Below, in pieces: positions 49,462 through 62,140 of a DNA stretch of 64,000 nucleotides. The notes beneath the pieces were generated by a model that was given only the letters and a program-made list of their open reading frames with translations, made no database searches and had not been told where the DNA came from. The stretch lies in contig OZ001293.3 of assembly GCA_963921275.4 (NCBI GenBank), positions 2,176,001-2,240,000 on the forward strand. The letters are read 5' to 3'. This DNA is from an uncultured Hormoscilla sp. Lineage in GTDB: Bacteria; Cyanobacteriota; Cyanobacteriia; Cyanobacteriales; Desertifilaceae. Position numbers and translations under genes: made by a program. Positions within the stretch are counted from its first letter, which is position 1; the number at the start of each line of letters is the position of its first letter.

Positions 49462-50856
49462 ATGACAAAGGCTCGCAAAGAAACGGACAGCATGGGGGAA
49501 ATAGAAGTCCCCGCAGATCGCTATTGGGGGGCCCAAACCCAGCGATCGCTAATATATTTCTCGATCGGGCAAGACTTGATACCGGCGGAAGTAATCGCGG
49601 CCTTCGGGATTCTGAAAAAAGCGGCAGCCCTCAGCAACGAAGAATTGGGTAAACTACCAGAAGAGAAAGCTAAACTGATCGTGCAGGCAGCGTCGGAAGT
49701 AATTGAGGGCAAGCTGGATGGTAATTTCCCCCTGCATGTCTGGATGACGGGTAGCGGCACCCAATGTAATATGAATGTGAATGAAGTGATCTCTAATCGG
49801 GCGATCGAACTGGCGGGGGGGGTAATGGGAAGTAAAAACCCCATTCACCCCAACGATCACGTGAATATGTCTCAGTCTTCCAACGATACTTTCCCGACGG
49901 CCATGCATATTGCTGCCGCAGTGGCATGCAATCAACGATTGATTCCTAAGGTGAAAAAGATGCGGGAGGCGCTGCAACAAAAGTCGGAAGCATTTGCCGA
50001 GATTGTCAAAATCGGTCGCACCCATCTCCAGGATGCCGTACCTCTGACTTTGGGACAGGAATTTTCCGGTTATGTAGCCCAACTGGATGCTGCTTTGCAG
50101 CGGATCGATCGGGTATTGCCGGAACTCTACGAACTGGCGATCGGGGGAACGGCGGTGGGCACGGGATTGAATGCTACCAAGGGGTTCGCTGCCACTGCTG
50201 TCAAGCACATTAGCAATCTTACGGGATTACCATTTACCGAAGCCCCCAATAAGTTTGCTGCGATCGCGGCCCATGATGCGATCGTGATGGCCAGCGCGGC
50301 CTTGCGGACTCTAGCTGGTTCTCTAATGAAAATTGCCAACGACATTCGCTTTTTAGGAAGTGGACCCCGCTGCGGTTTGGGCGAACTGATCCTACCAGAA
50401 AACGAACCCGGTTCTTCGATCATGCCGGGGAAAGTCAACCCCACCCAATGCGAAGCGATGACAATGGTAGCAGCACAAGTCATGGGCTATGATACGGCAG
50501 TGGCGATCGCGGGTTCCTCAGGACATTTCGAGTTAAACACCTATAAACCAATGATGGTGTTTAACCTAATTCAATCCATCAATCTGATCGCGGACAGTTG
50601 CAACAACTTCACTGATTTTCTGCTAGCGGGACTAAAACCGAACCGGAAGAAAATCGAGTATTATTTAGAACAGTCATTGATGCTAGTGACGGCATTAAGT
50701 CCGACCATTGGCTACGACAAAGCGGCCCAAGTGGGGCACTTCGCCTTGGAAAAAAACATGACCTTAAAGCAAGCTTGTCTGGAATTGGGGTACGTGTCGG
50801 AAGCAGAGTTCGATCGGATTGTCGTTCCCAGCAAAATGGCCCATCCAGAAATGTAA
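49462..50856 (+). CDS. fumC: Class II fumarate hydratase
   Basis: [52 protein letters not shown]. Confidence 0.97.
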   Translation: MTKARKETDSMGEIEVPADRYWGAQTQRSLIYFSIGQDLIPAEVIAAFGILKKAAALSNEELGKLPEEKAKLIVQAASEVIEGKLDGNFPLHVWMTGSGTQCNMNVNEVISNRAIELAGGVMGSKNPIHPNDHVNMSQSSNDTFPTAMHIAAAVACNQRLIPKVKKMREALQQKSEAFAEIVKIGRTHLQDAVPLTLGQEFSGYVAQLDAALQRIDRVLPELYELAIGGTAVGTGLNATKGFAATAVKHISNLTGLPFTEAPNKFAAIAAHDAIVMASAALRTLAGSLMKIANDIRFLGSGPRCGLGELILPENEPGSSIMPGKVNPTQCEAMTMVAAQVMGYDTAVAIAGSSGHFELNTYKPMMVFNLIQSINLIADSCNNFTDFLLAGLKPNRKKIEYYLEQSLMLVTALSPTIGYDKAAQVGHFALEKNMTLKQACLELGYVSEAEFDRIVVPSKMAHPEM

Positions 50857-51169
50857 AGCGTTCGTAGTAAGCACTTTAGTGCTTCCCAGGTTCGTAGTAA
50901 GCACTTTAGTGCTTCGCAGGCGCGAAAGCAGTCGATGGCGGTTTTCCAGTCCCCACCGGATGTCTGGAAAGCTGCTGCTTTTCTTGTGTGGGCCAGACAT
51001 TCTGACCAGTCACAATTAGCCAGTCTATGTCAGTCACCACTCACCAGATTTAATCATAGCACACCAGTCCAGCATTGTCAATCAAGTACAAGAAACAGAG
51101 TTTTTGGGGCTGAAAATATGGATATTTCGTTCCTCCCAGATAGTCTCAACCCGGCTTATCTACCAATAC

Positions 51170-51345
51170 CAGATCGCCCGACAATAGTGGAAATACGGAT
51201 AAATTGCGGTTGTACCATAGCATTGTAGACCTGACTTGAGGGACCGTGCTTGCCTCGCCTTTTCTTCCAGCGTAGCATGTAACGGGCAACTCGCTAGCGG
51301 AATTCTCATGCTTGACAATATAATTGCTAGAGGCTACCAACGTAA
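51170..51345 (-). pseudogene. Degenerate partial copy of the 3' end of the 51566..52225 gene
   Basis: YIVKHENSA / YMLRWKKRRGKHGPSSQVYNAMVQP aligns with YVAKHEDSA / YMLRWKNRRGDRGPWSQVYSATVQP; contains a frameshift. Confidence 0.8.
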
Positions 51346-51565
51346 AGCGGGACAAAATTCCACAGAGATCGGCCTATACCCTTGAAGCCTGGAAGCCTTG
51401 CCTGGTGGTCTGTCCCGGTTTAAGTTGGTAGCCCAAAGGGGGGGGCACCTTCTTGAGCAGGGAGCACCCGAGCAGGCCCAAAGAGAAGCGGTACTACCGG
51501 GCTTTGTTTTGGAGTTGACAAAGAAAATCCCGATCGCCCGATAATAGTGGACAAGAAGGATTTGC

Positions 51566-52225
51566 TTACGGTTGTACCGTCGCACTGTAGACCTGACTCC
51601 AAGGACCCCGATCTCCCCGCCTGTTTTTCCAGCGTAGCATGTAATGAGCAATTTCACCGCCAGCGGAATCCTCATGCTTGGCAACATAAGGACTGGCGCT
51701 AGAAACATCCAAAAGCAGGTATTCTTTGGGGTTTTTGGCAGGGTTATCCCCCAGCCTCAACCAAATTTCGCAACCGCTTACCCCAGAGGGTTTGCCACGA
51801 CGGTTGGGGGTTGCTTCGTCCATAAAGTGAATGGTGTGTTGCAGTCGCTGACCCATTTCTATCCTTGCTATCGGTCGATTTATTGGTGGGCCAACCCGGG
51901 TGCGACTGAAAGTCGGTACAGTTATCCCCAAAGATACCTTTTGGTCTTCAGTGACCTTGTCGTTTACTTGCAATTTCCGCACCATCCGACGCAAAGCTGA
52001 TTGATAATCTTTGCAAAGATTATCCTTTTTCTGGCGGGCCCCTTGGGCAGCCGATTGCGCGTTAAGATGAGCGCTATAGGCGGCTTGCCAGCTGCTTTGC
52101 ATGTTACTCAGGGCAGCTAACTCTTCGCCGGTCAATCCGAAATCGGCCTGATGAGTCTTCAGGAGGTTGAGAAAGTTGGTTTCCCAATTGTTAAATTCGC
52201 TTTCGCGTCTGGGTAGGTAATCCAT
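51566..52225 (-). CDS. Hypothetical protein (helical N-terminus, beta-rich FN3-like C-terminus)
   Basis: 219-aa ORF with upstream AGGG; motifs GKPSGVSGCEIW and YMLRWKNRRGDRGPWS. Confidence 0.7.
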   Translation of the reverse strand: MDYLPRRESEFNNWETNFLNLLKTHQADFGLTGEELAALSNMQSSWQAAYSAHLNAQSAAQGARQKKDNLCKDYQSALRRMVRKLQVNDKVTEDQKVSLGITVPTFSRTRVGPPINRPIARIEMGQRLQHTIHFMDEATPNRRGKPSGVSGCEIWLRLGDNPAKNPKEYLLLDVSSASPYVAKHEDSAGGEIAHYMLRWKNRRGDRGPWSQVYSATVQP

Positions 52226-52450
52226 ATTTGATTTTTCCCTTGATTAAGATTATAACGCGATGTGCAACTTTCTACGGAAGAATAACGATTTGGTGGTCTT
52301 TGGCTGAAAATGTTGTTCTCAAAACTCCCTAAATCTCGTTAGTTGGAAAAATTCGCTTCATCCATCACGGGTGCGATCGCCTACCAGACCACCGACTCCT
52401 GGGTGATACTGGCGCTATTCGCACAAAAAGGGAGACACTGCGGATGTGAT

Positions 52451-52719
52451 ACGACTCTTCCGTACCCGAGTACGACTCCTCCGTACCCGAGCACGACTCC
52501 TCTGTGCCCGAGCACGACTTTTCTGTGCCCAAGCACGACTTTTCTGTGCCCAAGCACGACTCTTCCGTGCTTGAGCAAGACTCTTCCGTGCCCGAGCAAG
52601 ACTCTTCTGTGCTTGAGCAAGACTCTTCCGTGCTTGAGCAAGACTCTTCCGTGCCCGGGTACAACTCTTCCGTACCCGAGCACGACTCTTCCGTACCCGG
52701 GTACGACTCTTCCGTACCC
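52451..52719. repeat. ~13 tandem 21-bp repeats (acgactcttccgtgcccgagc)
   Basis: Contiguous degenerate units, no spacers; produce spurious ORFs in several frames. Confidence 0.9.
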
Positions 52720-53239
52720 CATGTGGGTTCAAATACAGTTATAGCATATTTCTATCTCGATATCTGAGGAGGAATTCACGGTCGGTGCTGGCGCTGACAA
52801 ACAGCAGATTTGAGATAGGCCGCCAATTTTTGAGAAGAATCTGGTCAACAAGCATGTTGGATAATTATGGGGCAATATTCAATCAGCGATCGGGCAGTTA
52901 GGCTTGCTCTAATTAACAGCTAAACCACGTTCATGTCGGACCGGGTCCGAAACTATAACTATGTCTCTAGACAATTTGCGCGACTTATATCAACAAGTTA
53001 TTCTAGAATATATCAAGTTGCCTCGGCATAGGGGGAAAACAGGGCCGGTGCCGAGCGCGTAGCGGAGGGGGCCCGGAGCGTGTGCCGTGGGCCAGAGCTG
53101 GAGACTAACTGTAAGTACCGGTGCCTAGATCGCGACTACATAATTCACTTACCCTTGACAAGCAATGAAGATAAAAATAATCTTGATGAATAAATTAAGT
53201 TAAAATAGTATTGTACTCTCGCATTGCTGTCTAGGAGCT

Positions 53240-54322
53240 ATGAAAGCAGAGCTTATCAAGAGGTTGTTTAGGGCGATCGCTAGTGGAGACCAAGAGGCGA
53301 TCGACAAACTCACGTACATAGTAATTTTAGAAGAGCGTAAGAAGGGACACACATTGTTAGCCGATCAGTTAGAAAATATTACTAAGCACCAGTCAAAGTC
53401 CAATGGTTCCGGAAGGGTACCAGAGACAGAGCGAACCAGGCTGCAAACCCGCCTGCGCGAAAAATCGGATAAGAGCGCCTGTAGCACGACTAAACCTGCC
53501 ATGCAAGAACAGGCGGGGACGCCTATTCTACAGGATCTAAGCACGCTGCCAACAAGTAAGCGATTTGATTTTCCTCTAATTACGATCGTACCTCCAGAGA
53601 AATTACGGCATCATATGGTGCTGCCGGAGAAAATTGAGAAACGTTTCCGGCGAATTGAACGGGAGTATGCTGCCAGAGATAGATTAGCTCATTATGGCTT
53701 GCGCTACAGACAAAAAATTATTTTGTACGGTCCTCCGGGCTGTGGTAAAACCTTAGGAGCTGAACGTTTAGCTTGGCACACGGGTTTACCGATGGTCAAG
53801 GTGCGATTTGATGCCATAGTATCGTCTTTTTTGGGGGAGACGGCAAGTAATTTGAGCGCCGTGTTTGAAAAACTGGACAAGATGGACTGCTTGTTGTTTC
53901 TGGATGAATGTGACTCCCTGGCTAAGTCACGGTCAGACCCCCAGGAAGTTGGAGAAATTAAGCGAGTGGTGAATACTTTTCTCCAACTACTTGACGATTA
54001 CTCCCCATCTTCTGGTATGATAGTAGCAGCCACTAACCTAAACGAGTCTCTCGATCGGGCTCTCTGGAGGAGATTTGATGACTTGATTGAAGTGCCACTA
54101 CCGGGAGAGCAAGAACTGCGGTTAATTTTCAAAGAAAAATTCTCGACAGTGGAAGTAGGTGCGATCGACTGGTCGCGGATAATTGCGCAAATGAGTGGCT
54201 TCTCTGCTGCTCAAGCCGAAAAAGTAGCTCAAGATGCTGCTAAACGCGCGATTCTCGATCGAGAAGAACTCGTAATTCAGTCCCATCTAGAAGAGGCGAT
54301 CGCCGAAATCAAGGTTGTTTAG
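53240..54322 (+). CDS. AAA+ ATPase (IetA-like partner of the S8 protease)
   Basis: GPPGCGKT, LFLDECD, AATNL...LDRALWRRFD. Confidence 0.9.
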   Translation: MKAELIKRLFRAIASGDQEAIDKLTYIVILEERKKGHTLLADQLENITKHQSKSNGSGRVPETERTRLQTRLREKSDKSACSTTKPAMQEQAGTPILQDLSTLPTSKRFDFPLITIVPPEKLRHHMVLPEKIEKRFRRIEREYAARDRLAHYGLRYRQKIILYGPPGCGKTLGAERLAWHTGLPMVKVRFDAIVSSFLGETASNLSAVFEKLDKMDCLLFLDECDSLAKSRSDPQEVGEIKRVVNTFLQLLDDYSPSSGMIVAATNLNESLDRALWRRFDDLIEVPLPGEQELRLIFKEKFSTVEVGAIDWSRIIAQMSGFSAAQAEKVAQDAAKRAILDREELVIQSHLEEAIAEIKVV

Positions 54323-54343
54323 GAAAAATCTGAGAAGAAGAAA

Positions 54344-56914
54344 ATGGTTGAAGGTTATGAAATGTTTCCACATATTCAGTTTAAGCAGCCAACGGAGGGA
54401 CTTGCTGCATCTACTCGAGGATCGAGAAGGAAAAATTCTCGCACAGAGTCGAATAAGAGTAACCGAGAGGAACATGGCAGTAGGCTGAAGGGTGTCGCTG
54501 ACTCTATAGTTGCTGACTGGGAAAAGGCCCAAGAGCAACGACAAGAAGAAGAAAAACCGCTACTTGAAGCTAGGCGTCTTACCTTACAGACGGATCCTGA
54601 ATCTTTCGATCCAGATAAGCTGAAAGCTTATGGCATTAAGGTGATTTCAGAATTAGAAGATGGGTATATCATCGGAGCTTCAGCAGATTTAGAACTGACT
54701 GAGTTGCAAAAAAAGATCGAGAAATTCATCAACAGTCAGCATGGAGGAGGTAATGTTGCTGAAGTTTGGGAGCTAATTGATGGAATTAAAAGCCCGGAGT
54801 TTATTCTGTCTCCTGAATTATGGGATCATTGGGATAAAGTTAATGACGAACAGATATACACTATTGATGTAGGAATTGCCTGTTTAGGACCTCAATCTAA
54901 GCTTTCCGACCCTCCAAAGCAAAAACCGGATGAAAGTAATGAAGAATTAGTGACAAGAATAAATAACTGGATCGATAAACGCGATCTACAATATCAAAAG
55001 TGGGATGAACTATATTTGAAAAGACAAGATGAATTGGAAGAGTTTATTAATAATTATAACGGAAATTTACTTAGTTTAGTTGAAAATCGTATTCCCGAGT
55101 CTGCCAAGTTACCAGATAGTTTTTCCTGTCGCATACAAATTTCAGGTAAGGGGTTAAAAGACTTGGTTTATAACTTTCCCTATATTTTTGATGTCAGCGA
55201 ACCAGATCAGTTTGCCGAACTCGTGCAAAAACAAGGTTTATCTGATGGTGAAGACCCCCTTTTTCAGCTAGAACCACCTGACCAAAATGCTCCCAATATC
55301 TGTGTTATTGATAGTGGGATTCAGGAAAGACATCCTCTTTTGAAAGCAGCAATTGATTTAGAGAATTCAAAATCTTGGTTGCCTGGAAATCAATTTACTG
55401 CTGACTATGTTAAAGATGGTGGACATGGAACCAGGGTCGCTGGGGCGGTACTTTATTCTCGCAATATACCTCGGACTGGGAAGCAACCAGCTATTTGCTG
55501 GATTCAAAATGCGAGAGTCCTTGATGATAACTGCCAACTACCTAAAAATCTATTTCCCTCTAATATGTTGGGGGAGATTGTTGAGTTATATAACAGTCAA
55601 ACAGGAACGAGAATTTTTAATCATTCTATTACCGGGTCCGTTCCATGTCGCACCGGTTCCATGAGTGCTTGGGCAGCGACGATCGATCAACTGACGTGGC
55701 AAAAGGATATTCTCTTGATTGTGGCGGCTGGTAACTTGCCTTCATACGGTATAATTGGTCCAACCAGATTATCGATTGCAGAACATCTGGCAGCAAACCG
55801 ACCTTATCCAGATTATCTTTTAGAGGCGGCGTGCCGAATTGCGAACCCGGCACAAAGTTTCCAAGCTTTAACCGTGGGATCGATTGCTCGTAATTATTAT
55901 CAGGCTCCGTCTTATTCTTCAATAGCGCAGAAAGATATGCCTTCAGCGTTCTCGTGCTCGGGATTGGGAATTTGGGATACGATCAAGCCAGAAGTTGTTG
56001 AATATGGGGGCGATCTGGTAAAGGATGAGGGTGTACCACCTAAGCTTACCTACCATGAAAGTATTTGTCTTGAATTAGTGCGATCTACATTAAACGGTGG
56101 TCCTGCAATTGCCTCAGACCAAGTAGGAACCTCATTTGCAGCGCCAAAAGTCTACCATATTGCAGCTCGTCTCGCCTCTGAGTTACCTGAGGAGAGTTGT
56201 CTTTTGTACCGCGCCTTAATAGTTCAGTCAGCACGCTGGCCAGAATGGAGAATGGCAGATAATGTAGATCAACTGCATGTATTGCGTCAAATAGGTTATG
56301 GTATTCCCAATCTTGAACGCTGTTTAGGCAATTCTTCCAATCGGATCACCATGATTACTAGAGGAGAAAGCCGAATTCAAGCTCGACAAGCTCAGATTTA
56401 CGAAGTCAAACTACCAAATTCATTGCGTTCTCCAGGAGATGAGTTAGAGATTTTAGTGGAAGTTACCCTGTCATACAAAGCTCAACCCCGTCGAACCAGA
56501 TGACATCGACGCAAATATCTTTCAACTTGGCTTGACTGGGATTGTAGTAAGAGAGGAGAAGACCCCAAAAGCTTTTTTGCCCGACTTTTGAAAGATCGTG
56601 ACGCCCCAAAGGATGCGGAACCGAGAGAAGATATTTTCAAGTGGACCCTGGGAAAGCAAAAGAATCACGGAAAAATCAAGGATGTTTCTCGGGGTGCAGG
56701 AACTATTCAGAAGGATTGGACTGTTGTCAAGTCATTTGAACTGCGAGAATCTTTCTGTATTGCAGTAGTTGGACATCAAGGTTGGAACAACGATCCTGAT
56801 GCTAGCGTTCCCTATTCTCTAGTTGTTAGCTTTGAAGCGATCCAAGCTAATGTACCAATTTATCAGGAAATATCCTTAGCTCAAGTACAGATGGAAGTTG
56901 TCGATCGGGTATAA
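54344..56914 (+). pseudogene. Subtilisin-like S8 peptidase (IetS-like) with one in-frame TGA at 56501-56503
   Basis: Catalytic motifs VIDSG, GHGTRVAG, GTSFAAP; frame continues RRTR*HRRKYLSTWLDW into ORF 56588..56914. Confidence 0.88.
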
Positions 56915-57025
56915 ATTTAATCGACAGAGAGGATCTCAATACTTCTCGGTCAATAATCTGTCATTGCGATTTTTCGCGCAGCGTGGGGGGGAAACCAAAA
57001 CCGATATCTTAGGTATTATAGTCTG

Positions 57026-57074
57026 GCCCCCCGAAGCAATCTCACGCCTCGTCGGGGAGATTGCTTCGGGGGGG
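57026..57074. repeat. GC-rich inverted repeat (REP-like or terminator) between convergent genes
   Basis: ccccccgaagcaatctc...gagattgcttcgggggg. Confidence 0.6.
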
Positions 57075-57349
57075 AATACCTGCTGGATATGATGTAAATT
57101 ACATCGATCGTCACCTCACCTCTCTAATGGTATTAATTCCTGCTTTCACAATCAACCACAATGCACGTGTCAATAGTTCTTATGAGTAAATTAAATATCG
57201 GGGAATTCTCAAATAAAATTTTGAGGATCCCCCGATTAAGGTTTTGCAACCTCTATAGCAAGCTTGATTCTTATGTGTCAACAATTCTGGAAGTGCCGCC
57301 TGCCGTTGAAACTCTTTGTCAGGTATTGCACGACCCAAGACTCGCTATA

Positions 57350-57898
57350 TTACATAAACGCACATACTGGGTATGTTTCATACAGTCGAAAAGCAATCGT
57401 TTGGTATTCAATGATCCCGTTTCTGACGACAAAACTGTCCGTTCCATCGTAGGCATGGCCATTTGGGGGCGTGTAGTTCCAAGTAATGTACATAACTTCG
57501 CCTTCGATCGTTTCGGGAGCGATTATATTATTGTCATCTGCAAATATCTCAAAAAGACTGTCAAAAACGCAGGCTACTTGGTCAATACCCTTGTAAACTG
57601 TGTGGTTGAGAATCAAGATGGAGTCTTCCGAATAGTCAGATACAATGTCCTCTAGGTCGGAGTTGTCCCAGGCATTAATGTGGTGTTCCCATACCTTTCT
57701 CGTTTCCTCTGTCGTTTCATCTGCAAGCCAGAGATAATAGGCCGCCAAATTGGCGTTCAAGCTCAGTTCCGCGTTCCCAACAGAAGCATCCGCAAGGACT
57801 GGATTTGAAAAACACGCGAAGCAAAGCCCGATCGCGATCGCAGTTAATATCCCGGCTTTTAACCACTTCCAAATCCCCAAAAGATTTATAGAAATCAT
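57350..57898 (-). CDS. SnoaL/NTF2-like protein with a probable signal peptide
   Basis: Hydrophobic N-terminus; VWEHHINAWDNSDLEDIVSDYSEDS...GTDSFVVRNGIIEYQT. Confidence 0.75.
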   Translation of the reverse strand: MISINLLGIWKWLKAGILTAIAIGLCFACFSNPVLADASVGNAELSLNANLAAYYLWLADETTEETRKVWEHHINAWDNSDLEDIVSDYSEDSILILNHTVYKGIDQVACVFDSLFEIFADDNNIIAPETIEGEVMYITWNYTPPNGHAYDGTDSFVVRNGIIEYQTIAFRLYETYPVCAFM

Positions 57899-58038
57899 CG
57901 ACTATCTCCTTCACAATGCTTTTTCCAGAGAACGCTTGGTTCTCTAGGAGAGCGAGTCGGAATCTAGTTATCGCTCTTATCCGACTCGTCCTAACCCTGG
58001 AAGATGCTTGAGTTAGGACTTCCTAACCTAACTCGATC

Positions 58039-61000
58039 TTACACATACTCCGCCTTGATGGTAATCGACGGGCTGTTGTCGAACACCTTGATGAAACTGA
58101 TGTTGATGTCCATGTTGTAATACCAGGCGTTGCTGCCAGAATTATTGAGAGCATCGGCCCGTTCATTGGGATAGCCATTGACTATCGGTTGCAACTGTTG
58201 CCCCCTGATGCTAACGCTCTTCAACGGACCATTGCTTCCCTTATGTTCCCCCGGATCGTGCAATACTGCCACGAAGAAATGCTTCTCGAAGGGCGGCGTA
58301 TATCCGTCGTAGATGCGCTCCACTTTAATTTCCCGCGTCTTTTCGCTAGTGTAGCTGTGGGTAATCTTGGTCTCGCGATATTCGTCCTTGGCGTTGGGAT
58401 CGTCCACCTCTGCTTGTGGGGCAGAAGAACGGCTCACCCCATCGTCCAAATACATGTGGTATTCCCCTTCCTTCCCTGGATAAATATTCAGGGTAATGGG
58501 ATTGGGCTTACCTTCCGCATTCAATTGTCCCACATATTGTTTCAGTTCGATGATCGGAATGATTGCCCCTGCCCGGACGTGGATCGGAACAATAAAGTGA
58601 ATGTGATCGCCATTGGTATTGATGTTGGCATCAAAATCCCGTATCGTTGTGCCCCCTTCTACCGCAGCACCAAGAGGCATAACGTTGTCCACAAAGCAAT
58701 ACCAGTTGCTACCTTTGGGCACATAGACATCCCGCCGGCCATTGTTGTTGTCTTCAGATTGAGGGTGCAACACTGGAGCAATAAGCAGATCCTTGCGAAC
58801 GAAGAACTCGTTGTTCAGGAATTGGTCTTTATCATTGTAGAGGGATTCATCTTGGGGATCGTTGAGGAACAAGGAGCGGCAGATGGGCATCCCATTCAGG
58901 GTGTTCTCAAACAATGCGTCATAGAACAACTGCATCAGCCGGTAACGCAATTGAATGTAATGCCGGCAAATCGGCAACACCATCTCATACAAGTCTCGGG
59001 GTTCTGGGATATTGCCGCCGATATGTTCGTAAAACCAATCTACATACTGGAATGGTTCTTGGAACTCATTGCGCCCTTTGCGGACGTAGTGGTTGCGGAA
59101 CCAGGGTAAGAAAGCACCAGCCGCAGTCCAGCGGATCAGCAGTTCTGGACTTGCCCACTTGCCCCGATCGATTTCCCCCTCTTCAAAGCCGCCGATATCT
59201 TGCCCCGTGATTGCCAAGGCATGCATCCCTAGAGACAGGACTTGGGAGATATTCATCTGGAGGAAATCCCAGTCAGAAGAGTTATCCCCCGTCCACAAGC
59301 CAGCATATCGGTGAGAACCAACATAACTGCCCCGTCCGATGATAAAGTTGCGTTTGTTCTCCCGTCCGGGCAGTTTATTGAGTCCTTCGTAGGTGGCTTT
59401 GTGAAGATTGTAGGAGTACAAGTTCCAGACTTTGAGGGCTGGCTTCAACTCCAGTTCTCCTTGGAAATCGCTGCTCACATAGAGCTTGAAGGGGAAGCCC
59501 TTCATATCTCCACGGGAGTCGCGGATCGCCGGGGTGGTCATGTCCTGCCAGACAAATTCTAGCCCCTGCTCAAACAGGTATGTATAACCTAAGTTGCGAC
59601 CTATTAAAAAAAATATGAATTACCCACTTAGACTTTACAGATATTTGGGATATTTCGTAGCTTTTGATACAAAATTATATTTTTTTTGTGCTAGACGGCG
59701 GGTTGGCTGTTTATAGGTTATAATGTACTAAAATAATAGTTAATTGCTGGGGGATGTAGATGATGGAAGATATGATTACAACAATTTTTGTTCTTTGTGA
59801 CGAGCTACTAAAAGCGTTAAATATAAAAGAAGATCCACAAGTAAAAATGAACAATGCCGAAGTGATGACAGTCGGATTAGTTGCTGCATATTTTTTCGGA
59901 GGACACCACGATCGCTCTTGTCAATTTATGGTCCAACACAAGTATATAAAAAATCTGTTAAGTAAAAGTAGGTTCAATCGTCGATTACACAATATTGACG
60001 AACCAATTTGGATGTTTTTCTTCCAAGTTATAGCTCAAACATTTAAAGAGCTCAATCCGGGTCAAGAATATATTCTTGATAGTTTCCCGGTGCCAGTATG
60101 TGATAATATTAGGATTGATAGATGCCAAATTTATAACAAGAAAGAATATCGAGGGTATATTGCCAGTAAAAAACGTTATTTTTATGGATTAAGAGTTCAT
60201 ATGTTGGTAAACAAAAATGTAAAGCCAATAGAATTTTATCTAGATCCTGGTAGTTATAATGATGTTAAAGTTTTACAATCTTTTGGCTTTGACTTACCAT
60301 CAAATTCAATAGTTTATGGAGATAAAGCTTATAATGATTATCAATTAGAGGATTTACTAAAAGAGTCGTCAAGTATAATGTTAAAACCTTTGCGAAAAAA
60401 GAACTCAAAAAGAAAAGAATCTTCTTGTTTTGAATATATACAAAAAGTAACAATAAAACAAGTTGAAACCTGTTTTATTTGAATCACAAATTTGTTTCCC
60501 AAGTCAATTCATGCTGTTACATCTAAGGGATTAGAGTTGAAAATAATTCTCTTTATCATAGCTTTTTGTATCCAATTTTTATAGGTCGCAACTTGAGTTA
60601 TGTATATTGCTTGCCCCACCATTCACGGACTTCTGGCCGGGCTAGATCGGCGTAATGCCCCGGAGTTCCCAGTTGGTTCCCGGCGGCATCTTCTCCATAG
60701 TAAACTTCGCCAATGTAAGGTTCGCCACTATTGAAACCTTCAACCCAGCCATTATTGGGACAGAATTCATGACCGCTACCGTAGATTTGGTAGTATTTGC
60801 TCTCGGGATTGTCCGCATCGTAACGCTTGTCGATCACAAAGTAGTCTTTTTCTAGTCCCTCCTTGTAGGTTGGGTAGTAACCTGGGTTGTCCTCATCTTG
60901 TTTGCTGATCACCGGGGTGATGTTGGTGCTGCACTTGACACCTTGCGATCGCAACCAACCGAACATTTCCTTTGGGCTGTCGAAGGTTTTCTCGTAGGGG

Positions 61001-62124
61001 CTGTTCTTATTGTAGATGTAATCCGGCTTGATGGTGAAAGTCCGGTAGTTATCTTGGATATCGACGTCCACCGCGAGGCCATCAAGGGGAATGTCATAAC
61101 TCCGGTATTTTTCTACAATCCACTTGAGGTCAGCCGCACATTCGTACCCATAGCAACCTTGGTGACATCCTAGGGCGTAACGCGGTTTCAACTCGGCGCG
61201 GCCAACAATGGCGGTAAAGCTATCCAAGATGTTCTTCGGGTCTTCTCCCAAGAACACATAGTAGTCAAGATCCCCAAAGCGGGTGCCGAACATATAGCGA
61301 CTGGAGTTGCTATAGCCGATATCGATGAAGACTTGAGAGGGGTTGTCCAGGAGAACCGCATTGACGTTTTTGCTACCGGGAATGCCATTGAACTCGTAAA
61401 AGAACGGCTCCGAGTGGTAAAGAGGCTCCCGGTTATCTAACGGTCCGCGATCGTAGACCTGTCGATAGCGCATATTATCGAAGTTGAAATAATTTAACTG
61501 GTCGCTATTTTTTTGGAGTTTTGTTCCCCCTTGTTCCCCAAACCCGATATATTTGCCGTTGGCTGGTTTCTTGACCGCTTGGATGACGGCATAATCCTCT
61601 TTGCCATGCGGGGTATAGTAAATTGCCGTGTCTGCGGTTTGCCAGACGGTAATTTTTGCATATTCCGCATTGGATGGGGAGTTGTTGAATACTTTGATTC
61701 CGAAGGGAGCCAAGGTGACAACCACTTGCATCACGATGGAGTTAAATTCCGACTTCGTTGTCAAGACGATCTGGCCGTTGCCTTCTTGGCAATCTAGATC
61801 GAAGATATATTGTTGCCTGATTTCCTCGTCCGCCTCATCGAAGTCGCAGTGTTCCAGCAAGTGCGTGAAACTGCTGTATTCCGCCTCCGTTGACTTGGTT
61901 GGGTTAAAGCGCACCCGTAATGTATCGTTCTGAAGCACCTCTATCAACATCAGGCAATCGCTGCCATCGACCTTCTTAAATTTAAGGCTCAAAGTCTTTT
62001 GCTCTTTATTGAAGGAATGACCGACAGATGACCCCAGTTTGTCCCATTCTTGGTAGCGGCCAAAATATTCCTCGACCTTGAGAAATTTGTAAACGCGATG
62101 ACTTGGAAAAATTTCGTTGGACAT
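58039..62124 (-). pseudogene. GH31 enzyme, probable alpha-1,4-glucan lyase, interrupted by IS982
   Basis: Removing the IS and one target duplication gives WWGKQYTYLFEQGLEFVWQDMTTPA (nucleophile motif); also WTGDN, DIGGF, FLPWFRNHY; AGGAG before MSNEIF. Confidence 0.85.
59587..60598 (+). mobile_element. IS982-family element (1012 bp); transposase 59760..~60584 with premature TGA at 60480
   Basis: Terminal IRs acctaagttgcgacctat / ataggtcgcaacttgagt; 8-bp target duplication TATGTATA; LSKSRFNRR, DSFPVPVC, YFYGLRVH, GDKAY. Confidence 0.93.
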
Positions 62125-62140
62125 TACTTGACTCTTCTCC

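Noticed and set aside
51170..51720. Possible DGR template/variable repeat pair
   Set aside because: Mismatches are not adenine-specific, many are synonymous, there is an indel, and no reverse transcriptase is in the window; better explained as a decayed paralog
52343..52767. CRISPR array, or real CDSs in the five overlapping ORFs
   Set aside because: Spacer-less 21-bp tandem repeat; the ORFs are by-products of a largely stop-free repeat
58189..59109. 306-aa plus-strand ORF and similar antisense ORFs (10966..11556, 49654..50208, 57161..57655)
   Set aside because: They lie opposite well-supported genes and show no recognisable motifs
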